Below, piece after piece: positions 57,901-63,359 of a stretch of DNA of 63,359 nucleotides. The first letter of the stretch is position 1; every line of letters starts with the position of its first letter. A model generated the notes under the pieces. That model was not told the origin of the DNA. It saw only the letters and a list, made by a program, of their open reading frames with translations, and did not search any database. The DNA is from Pseudonocardiaceae bacterium (GTDB lineage Bacteria > Actinomycetota > Actinomycetes > Mycobacteriales > Pseudonocardiaceae), in contig JBOHGT010000392.1 of assembly GCA_050700385.1 (NCBI GenBank), forward strand, positions 1-63,359. Direction: 5' to 3'. A program made the position numbers and the translations under genes.

Positions 57901-58452
57901 CCCGACCAGGACACCGTCCTGGATGGTGAAGACGCCGGCCGCGATCACCGCGACGACGAACCAGAGGGCGGTGGCGGGGTCGCGGAGAAGGTCGAACGAG
58001 GGCCCCCAGTATCCGAGGGTGAGGAGGAAGCCTGCGGTCAGGGCGGCGACGGCGACGGAGCTGAGCGCATAGGCGTACAGCACCAGCCTGCTCGTCCGCC
58101 GGCCGGTCTGTGGGATGAACCGGCTCAACGTGCCGGTGACGTTGATCGCGACCACCCCGGACAGCAAGGTCATGGTCGAGATCAGGGCCGATCCGCGGCC
58201 GACATCCGGGTCGGTGTAGTACCGGGCCGCCAGCAACCAGAAGCCGATACCGAGCAGCCCGGTCAGACCCGTGTTGAGCATCAAGGCATAGGCGTTGCGG
58301 GAGAAGGGATCGGCGAGGTGGCTGCGCAGCCGGCGCAGGTGTTCGCCGGTCAGACGTCCGTTCGATGACCCGGGGGACGCCCCGGCGGTACCCACGCCCT
58401 CGTCGACCGGGTCCGTGACCACTGCGAGACGGACCTCGTCGACCTCAGCCAC
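54985..58452 (-). CDS. Large polytopic membrane protein. The N-terminal part is Wzx/MOP-type polysaccharide flippase-like, fused to a second multi-TM + extracytoplasmic C-terminal region.
   Basis: 1155 aa. RNAYALMLNTGLTGLLGIGFWLLAARYY... is typical of polysaccharide biosynthesis (flippase) proteins. More than 20 hydrophobic segments overall. Confidence 0.65.
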   Translation of the reverse strand: MAEVDEVRLAVVTDPVDEGVGTAGASPGSSNGRLTGEHLRRLRSHLADPFSRNAYALMLNTGLTGLLGIGFWLLAARYYTDPDVGRGSALISTMTLLSGVVAINVTGTLSRFIPQTGRRTSRLVLYAYALSSVAVAALTAGFLLTLGYWGPSFDLLRDPATALWFVVAVIAAGVFTIQDGVLVGLRSSVWVPVENALFGIAKIVLLVLFATSFPRDGVYLSWIIPMALLVLPINGLIFGRLVPRHVRTTGDSFLPPSPAQMGRFLAADYVGALFVFGAVYLVPVAVAASVAPHIFAYFYVAWMMAGILNLIAVNLAHSLTVEGAYEAHKLAANCRAALRRALGLLLVAAVAVGLVAPYGLGVLGRGYLDAGPLLQVLAFAALPRAVVEIWIGVLRAQNRPREIARVQIASGSLVIGSVLVWLQLDVVALDLGVSQITGVGLAVLAGQTVVALAVLPRLRRFLAEAPPAGSAPGAVSVPAVTKPVRRAEAEPDLPEPVRRPTRTWAPVAGICVLTAVALVLYLLPLGDIDLDRMNGYGLISVLPVASLVGLALLTLTFVITLSFPRPRPVVLGAQLVVLVGCLHGVTALIESLPRFPITWVHSGFVEYIGRTGTTAPGLDGRFSWPGFFALVSFVTGEANWQDLVWLLKLTPLLSNLLFLLPLGLLLRNLRASWQAKWFAAWLFCVLNWVGQDYFSPQGFTYWLYLVFLAVLVTWFRPTEISTGELPPRPAEYSVRATLLLLLVGLFTVACFSHQLTPFFMLAACTGLVLTRRCVAMGLPVLLTVILAAWISYMTVTYWSGHLQEMFGGLGDLGGNISTSVADRASGNEEQQQLVVYARIALTVGLFALAAVGALRRRRRGLDDRLAVVLLLAPFITVALQSYGGEIALRVYLFALPAACVLAAYVFFPDARSGPRSPRRFMAAGACALVLMGGFFLTRYGNEQYEITRDGELAAVEYVYQHDGPARILFMADTPDSGATPFIPVGYQEVERVNYVSMQAPRDPDDVTEVISRLRDLGRGTYLMTTRSQEAYLELRGGYPAGWGDRFRTRLAAAPEVRMVKQTSDAVVYTLRGPQDAVPTQQLAAPTGTRIGNTPWTPVGVAFLAFLLVVLVQRELWRLRLPPDEHRRLRPLTFAAVPMLAGLALVVLERLVMLAV

Positions 58453-59245
58453 GGCCGCGGATCCTCAAGGCAGCGTACCGGCTGCGCCGCACCACTGCCC
58501 ATCCCGTGGTGAGAGCCCGGTCAGCGAAGAAGATCCTCGGGATGCCCTGCCCGTGGACGATCCGCCGGAAGGTGTCCAGGCTCGTCGAGCGCCGGATGGT
58601 GAGACGCGGCAGCGCCAAGAGATCAGCTTGCCCGCGGGCGGTCGCGTTCGAGACAGCAGCGGCGTGCCGGTAGCCCGCAGCGCGCACAGCGGCCCGCACC
58701 CGGGCACTGGAGTAGCCGTAGGGATAGGCGAGACCGGGCACTTCCCGACCGAGCCGGTCTTCCAGGAGCACCTTGCTCGTGCACAGCTCCCGCCGGAGCG
58801 CCGCGTCGGGCAGCTGGTCGAGCTGGGCGTGGCTGTGGCTGTGCGCGCCGATCTCGATCCCCGCCGCGGACACCTCGTCGATCTGGCTCCAGCTGAGCAT
58901 GCGGTCCAGCGGGGTGCCGGCAGCGTACTCTCCCGCGTCCTGCACCCATCCAGTCGTGACGAAGACAGTCGCCTCGCAGCCGTAACGGGTCAGCAGGGGC
59001 AGCGCCTCACGGTGGAAGTCGGCGTAGCCGTCGTCGAAAGTCAGGACGATCGGTCGCTCCGGGAGGCCACCGTCACCCAGCAGTGCCAGACCGAGGCCGG
59101 AGAACGTGAGGGGCGTGAAACCATGCTCCCGCAACAGCGCGAGCTGTGCGGCAAACATCTCGGGACGGACCGAGAGCGTCCGCGTCGCGGCCGCGGGATG
59201 CTCCGAGATGGCGTGGTACATCATGATCGGTATCGTCGCGCTCAT
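58445..59245 (-). CDS. Polysaccharide deacetylase (NodB homology domain)
   Basis: PIVLTFDDGYADF, HSHSH and LAYPYG motifs. Confidence 0.8.
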   Translation of the reverse strand: MSATIPIMMYHAISEHPAAATRTLSVRPEMFAAQLALLREHGFTPLTFSGLGLALLGDGGLPERPIVLTFDDGYADFHREALPLLTRYGCEATVFVTTGWVQDAGEYAAGTPLDRMLSWSQIDEVSAAGIEIGAHSHSHAQLDQLPDAALRRELCTSKVLLEDRLGREVPGLAYPYGYSSARVRAAVRAAGYRHAAAVSNATARGQADLLALPRLTIRRSTSLDTFRRIVHGQGIPRIFFADRALTTGWAVVRRSRYAALRIRGRG

Positions 59246-60210
59246 CAGCTGGCCACCCGGGTGCGGAGATCTCGCAGCCCGCCCTGGAGCGAGCCGACAG
59301 CGTAACCGGTGGTCGCGGACAGCAGGCCGACGGTGATCGCGGCGGGACGGGCGAGGGCTGCTGGGTGACCCCGCAGTGCTTCCGACAGGCCGCGCGTCAC
59401 CCCGCGCCGCAGGGTGACCGCCGTGTAGCTGCGCTCGGCGGACAAGCCGTCAGCGACACCGACGCTGCGGGTGACCAGTGCCTTGGACAGCCCCTCGGCG
59501 TAGCAGCGCGAGCGGAAGTAGGAGAACCGGGAACGCACCGCAGGCACCCGGTGCCAGATCACCGCTCTCGCGTCGAAGACGAACGCGGATCCCGGACACA
59601 ACCGGCCGAGCCGAATGCAGAACTCCGTCTCCTCGCAACCGAGCGGCCGTTGCGTGACGGCGGAGCGGCCGATGTGGCTCGGAAATCCCCCGGCGATGTC
59701 GAAGACCTCCCGACGGAAGGAAGCGTTGCCACCGAGCAGGTTTCGGACCCGGCCGGGCTCTCTGCCGACGAAGGTGCACCCGACGACCCAGTCGAACTCC
59801 TCCGGGAACCAGGCGGGCCGCTCGGTCTCCCACAGCGGCCGGGTCAGACCACCGGCACCGATCACGGCCTCGTCGGCGTACGAGGCACCGAGGAACCTCA
59901 ACCAGTCCGGCTCGGCCACCGCGTCGTCGTCCAGGAAAGCCACGAAGTCGCCACGTGCCACCGCGACCCCGGTGTTCTTGCCGCCGGACAGCCCCCGCGC
60001 CTGGCGGTTCTCCACGACGACCACGTCGCCCAGCGCGGACTTCAGGCGCGCGTACAGGGCGGGGTTGTGGTCGACGACGACGATGATCTCGTGAGGCCCG
60101 GCATGCTGAGCTCTCACCGATCCGACTGCCGCGAGCACGTCGTCCCAGCGGTCCTCGGTGTACGCACAGATGACGACCGAGATGGACCGCCTGGGGTGTA
60201 GGAGAGTCAT
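59245..60210 (-). CDS. Family 2 glycosyltransferase
   Basis: The internal ATG at 60210 overlaps the upstream stop. ISVVICAYTEDRWDDV...IIVVVDHNP...FLDDDAVAEPDWL. Confidence 0.8.
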   Translation of the reverse strand: MTLLHPRRSISVVICAYTEDRWDDVLAAVGSVRAQHAGPHEIIVVVDHNPALYARLKSALGDVVVVENRQARGLSGGKNTGVAVARGDFVAFLDDDAVAEPDWLRFLGASYADEAVIGAGGLTRPLWETERPAWFPEEFDWVVGCTFVGREPGRVRNLLGGNASFRREVFDIAGGFPSHIGRSAVTQRPLGCEETEFCIRLGRLCPGSAFVFDARAVIWHRVPAVRSRFSYFRSRCYAEGLSKALVTRSVGVADGLSAERSYTAVTLRRGVTRGLSEALRGHPAALARPAAITVGLLSATTGYAVGSLQGGLRDLRTRVAS

Positions 60211-61322
60211 GGCATCTGCTCCAGGGTCGGCCCCTGCTGCGGGGAGCTCCGTAGCGCCTTGACCGTGCGGCCGTACGTGCGAAGCATCCGATCGGCGACC
60301 CGGTACAGGGACGGGTGCTCCGTCACCACGTTCCGGAGCCGACGGACCGGGGCCCGTCGTGCCCAGTGCAGCGCGGCGGCCGGCACACGTCGCACGACCC
60401 GCCCCTCGGCGACGACCAGGTCCCGGCTCTTGAACGACTCCTTGTAGTCCTTGGCCCCCCGGCCCATGTCGATGTGGTCGACACCGTCGGCGGCCGCCGC
60501 CTCCGCCAGGCACAGGTGCAGCAGCAACCCGGGCGAGTGCCTGCTGAAGCGGGGGTCGTACACGGGGAACCAGGTGGGGATCACGCGATCGGAGCGCAGC
60601 CCGAAGTGCGCCGCGATCAGGTCCTCGCCCGCGTACAGCAGGGAAAGGAGACCGGAGAAGCCTTCGCTGCGCTCCTCGAGCAGCTGCTCGAGGAGCTGAG
60701 TGATCCACGGTTGAGCGAACCGGTCGGCGCGGCCCGTCCGCTGGTACTGGGCCGACTTCCAGCCCATCAGGGTACGCAGCGCCGTCCGGTCCCGGGAGTC
60801 GAAGACGAATCGCACGTCACCGACTTCGCGAGCGAGCCGACGCCGTTTCCGCGGCAGGTCTCCCAGGATCCGCGATGTGCGACGGGACGCGAGGTAGGCA
60901 TCGAAACCCCCGCTGAGGTCCATGATCGGCGACGCCGCCCGCAACACCTGGTACGGCTCGAACGGCTGCTGCCCGTCGACGAGGTGGTCGAACTCCCAGA
61001 CGGCCAGGTCACATGCCCGGAGCAGGTCGCGCGGGTCCCAGTCGAGGTCCGCAGCGTGCACCAGCCCCTGGCAGTCGGTGAGGCCGGCTGCGATCGGCAC
61101 CCCGTGCCCGAGCGGTCGCCGCTCGAAGGGGAAGAACCCCACGATCCCCGCTCCCTCGGACAGCACCGCGACCCGCGCTCGGGGCCGGAGGCGACCGACG
61201 GCGACCGTGAACTCCGGCGAAAGGAACGGGTTCGTCAACGCGGGTTGCGACCGCTGGAAGCCGCGCCACACGGCCAGCTCGGGTTCCCCCAGCTCACCCG
61301 GGTGGACTACAGCGATCTTCAC
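60207..61322 (-). CDS. CelD/FemAB-like GNAT-fold acyltransferase
   Basis: 371 aa. LAVWRGFQRSQPALTNPFLSPEF and the C-terminal LLHLCLAEAAAADGVDHIDMGRGAKDYK resemble the cellulose-biosynthesis CelD-like GNAT family. Confidence 0.6.
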   Translation of the reverse strand: MKIAVVHPGELGEPELAVWRGFQRSQPALTNPFLSPEFTVAVGRLRPRARVAVLSEGAGIVGFFPFERRPLGHGVPIAAGLTDCQGLVHAADLDWDPRDLLRACDLAVWEFDHLVDGQQPFEPYQVLRAASPIMDLSGGFDAYLASRRTSRILGDLPRKRRRLAREVGDVRFVFDSRDRTALRTLMGWKSAQYQRTGRADRFAQPWITQLLEQLLEERSEGFSGLLSLLYAGEDLIAAHFGLRSDRVIPTWFPVYDPRFSRHSPGLLLHLCLAEAAAADGVDHIDMGRGAKDYKESFKSRDLVVAEGRVVRRVPAAALHWARRAPVRRLRNVVTEHPSLYRVADRMLRTYGRTVKALRSSPQQGPTLEQMP

Positions 61323-61660
61323 GACACCCCGTTCCCGCGGTCGCCCGCTGCGGCGGCAACGACCGCGCTGACCACTCCGACCGCCGCCACCCCACCCGGG
61401 ATCGACCAGGTGTCGGTGGCTAGCATCGCCTCGGCCACCAGAGCGTTGACGACGGCGGCAGCGGCCAACGCGAGGACGGTACGGGCCAGCGGATCCAGGC
61501 CGCGCAGCGGCATCGCCACCGCGATGGCGGGCGCGACGGCGAGAAAGGCGACGGTGAACCCCGCCACCAGACCATCACCACCGTCGACCAGGGCGAAGCC
61601 GGCGGCCAGGGTGAAGCCGACCGCCAGCATGCCCAGGGCGACGACGTGCTGTGCTCTCAC
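61319..61660 (-). CDS. Small hydrophobic membrane protein
   Basis: 113 aa, almost entirely Ala/Val/Leu/Gly helices. Translationally coupled on both sides. Confidence 0.5.
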   Translation of the reverse strand: MRAQHVVALGMLAVGFTLAAGFALVDGGDGLVAGFTVAFLAVAPAIAVAMPLRGLDPLARTVLALAAAAVVNALVAEAMLATDTWSIPGGVAAVGVVSAVVAAAAGDRGNGVS

Positions 61661-62604
61661 GGCCTGACGTTCCGGGGAGACTGATCGCTGGCGGCGCCCG
61701 AGGAGCGGTGCACCAGCTGACGGACCGTCTGCACGGCGTGCCCGCTGACCCCGCTGCGGTGCTCACGCAGCACCGTGCGCAGCACGCGCGTCCCGTCCCG
61801 GAAGGTCCGCAGGTTGGACTGGCCGTGACGCCGCGGCAGTTCGAGGCTCGGCACCTCCGCGATCCGCAGCCCCGCCCGCAGTGCGGAGATCGTCATCTGG
61901 GTCTCTATCTCGAAACCGGGGGTGGTGAGGTCGAGGAAGGCGAGGTAACGGCGATGGAACGCGCAGAACCCGTAGCACAGGTCGGTGAGGTGGGCGTCGT
62001 AGAGCGTGTTCACCAGCTGGAGCAAGGCGCGATTCCCGAGCCGCCGCGTCCGGGTGATGTCCAGTGAGCCACCGCCCCCGACGAACCGCGAACCCTTGAC
62101 GAAGTCGTAACCGTTCGAGAGGAAGTGCAGGAAGTGGGGGATCTCCTGCGGCGACATGCTGCCATCGGCGTCGATCATAACGATCACGTCTCCGGAGGCC
62201 GCCAGGAAGCCGGCGCGCAGGGCGTCACCCTTGCCGGTGTGTTGCTGGGTTACGACGCGCAAATCGGGGCGGCTGGAGCGAGCAGTCACCAGGGTCGCGT
62301 CCGTGGAGTTCCCGTCGACGAGGACGATCTCGTCGACGCAGGGTGGGACCTGCTCGAGCACCCAAGCGATGTTCGCCGCTTCGTTCCTCGCGGGGATGAC
62401 CAAGGACACCATCCCGGCCTTGTGCACGGCGACGTTCCCGTTCGTCCCCACCGTCAGCGCCGCCCCGTTGCGCAGTACGTCCTTGACCCGGGGTACGGGG
62501 ATGTCATCCCCCAGCGAGCGCACGTCGACGATCGCTTCGTCGTTCGGGGACAACGGCATCGTGGGCACTGGGCCCGGTACCGCGTCCGTGGATTGAATGG
62601 ACAT
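61657..62604 (-). CDS. Family 2 glycosyltransferase (polyprenol-phosphate sugar transferase-like)
   Basis: VSLVIPARNEAANI, IVLVDGNSTDAT and VIVMIDADGS motifs. Confidence 0.8.
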   Translation of the reverse strand: MSIQSTDAVPGPVPTMPLSPNDEAIVDVRSLGDDIPVPRVKDVLRNGAALTVGTNGNVAVHKAGMVSLVIPARNEAANIAWVLEQVPPCVDEIVLVDGNSTDATLVTARSSRPDLRVVTQQHTGKGDALRAGFLAASGDVIVMIDADGSMSPQEIPHFLHFLSNGYDFVKGSRFVGGGGSLDITRTRRLGNRALLQLVNTLYDAHLTDLCYGFCAFHRRYLAFLDLTTPGFEIETQMTISALRAGLRIAEVPSLELPRRHGQSNLRTFRDGTRVLRTVLREHRSGVSGHAVQTVRQLVHRSSGAASDQSPRNVRP

Positions 62605-62667
62605 CTGCGCCTCCGTCAGGCCATGTGGTGGGCTTCACAGCAGATGTGACCCCTGGTGAGATCACGT

Positions 62668-63132
62668 TCAGGGCGGGTTGCCGTCGGCGCGCGCCCGCTG
62701 GACGTCCGCACGCAGCTCCTGGAGCACCACACCCAGTTGCTCGGGCGGGTACGAGGCATGCCCGTGACACACTCCCCGCAGTACGCCCACCAGGTGCTCC
62801 GTCGAGCAATCTTTCGGCACCCATGCGACGGCCCCCGACCGCGCCGCGTCGACTACCTGGCTCGGGTCCTGGCTCGAGGTGAGCACGACGATGCGCGCTG
62901 TCGGACACGCCGAGTGCAGCTGGCCGAGCACCAGTGGCATGACCGGGCCGAAGGGCTCGAACTCGATCGTGATCACGTCCGGACGGGCCTGGGTGACCAG
63001 CGCAGCCAGCTCGGGGTCCCCCGTCACGGCACAACCGACCACCGACAGGTCGGGCTCCCTGGACAGCTCACTCGCCAATGCCTCGGTCAGCATGCGGTGT
63101 TCATCGATGAGGAGCACGCGCACGGGTCCCAT
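62668..63132 (-). CDS. Stand-alone NarL-type receiver domain protein with Glu at the phospho-acceptor position and no output domain
   Basis: The internal ATG gives MGPVRVLLIDEH...PDVITIEFEP...IVVLTSS...VPKD. There is no LuxR HTH before the stop. Confidence 0.65.
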   Translation of the reverse strand: MGPVRVLLIDEHRMLTEALASELSREPDLSVVGCAVTGDPELAALVTQARPDVITIEFEPFGPVMPLVLGQLHSACPTARIVVLTSSQDPSQVVDAARSGAVAWVPKDCSTEHLVGVLRGVCHGHASYPPEQLGVVLQELRADVQRARADGNPP

Positions 63133-63247
63133 ACGGCAACACTGACCCGGCGCGCGGCCGATGTCGTCAGGCTGCGGTACGAGAACCTGGTACCGCGTGC
63201 GCATGAGAAGGAGGTACTGCAAACGCATGAGACGGCGTGACAGGGAG

Positions 63248-63359
63248 TCACGCGACGGCCACGGCGGCGCGGACACCCTCGCACACCCGGGTGAGGTCCG
63301 CGTCACCGGTGATGTAGGGCGGCATCGTGTACACCAGGTCCCGGAACGGCCGCAGCCAG
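63248..63359 (-). CDS. bioA: 3' end of adenosylmethionine-8-amino-7-oxononanoate aminotransferase (partial; continues off the window)
   Basis: Minus-strand reading [36 protein letters not shown]-stop matches the conserved BioA C-terminus (WLRPF.NLVY.MPPY). Confidence 0.75.
   Translation of the reverse strand, partial: WLRPFRDLVYTMPPYITGDADLTRVCEGVRAAVAVA

Noticed and set aside
1-63359. CRISPR arrays, rRNA genes, intact IS elements/transposases, integrase or recombinase genes
   Set aside because: Reading the sequence and the ORF track showed no regularly spaced short repeats, no rRNA-like stretches and no transposase or integrase signatures (DDE, tyrosine or serine recombinase motifs). Mobility is inferred only from repeats, G+C shifts and the tRNA-like scar.

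Overview
High-G+C, actinomycete-type chromosomal segment. All domain calls were made by eye from the ORF track and from family motifs I remember; no searches were run.

The left ~44 kb is a mosaic, partly decayed defence island. In order it contains:
(i) a Trypco2 + trypsin-like protease pair, divergent from a DUF397 + STAND ATPase operon;
(ii) a lower-G+C, translationally coupled STAND ATPase / class-V PLP enzyme / APH-fold kinase cassette;
(iii) an ADP-ribosylglycohydrolase;
(iv) two tandem PfkB-kinase::TIR-like fusion genes. This is the most novel-looking module and my best candidate for an undescribed system;
(v) a vapBC pair whose toxin carries an in-frame amber stop;
(vi) a complete BREX type 2 / Pgl gene set (pglW, pglX, pglY, pglZ, brxD, brxHI).

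The BREX locus is interrupted by a 4.9-kb repeat-flanked insertion and carries an embedded higBA module. It is followed by a second, intact, lower-G+C pglX paralogue and a DUF433/DUF5615 toxin-antitoxin-like pair.

The right ~19 kb holds a membrane/metallophosphoesterase/SRPBCC/FAD-oxidase operon, rnhA, and a biotin operon (bioA ... bioF-bioD). An 11.5-kb two-component + cell-envelope glycan cluster splits the biotin operon.

A recurring caveat: at least seven otherwise conserved genes (protease, PfkB-TIR copy 1, pglW, pglX, pglZ, DUF5615 toxin, peroxiredoxin) are broken by single-base frame changes, mostly at short homopolymers. This could be real pseudogenisation or switching, or assembly error. 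It must be resolved at read level before biological conclusions are drawn.

No CRISPR array, rRNA or intact tRNA was seen.
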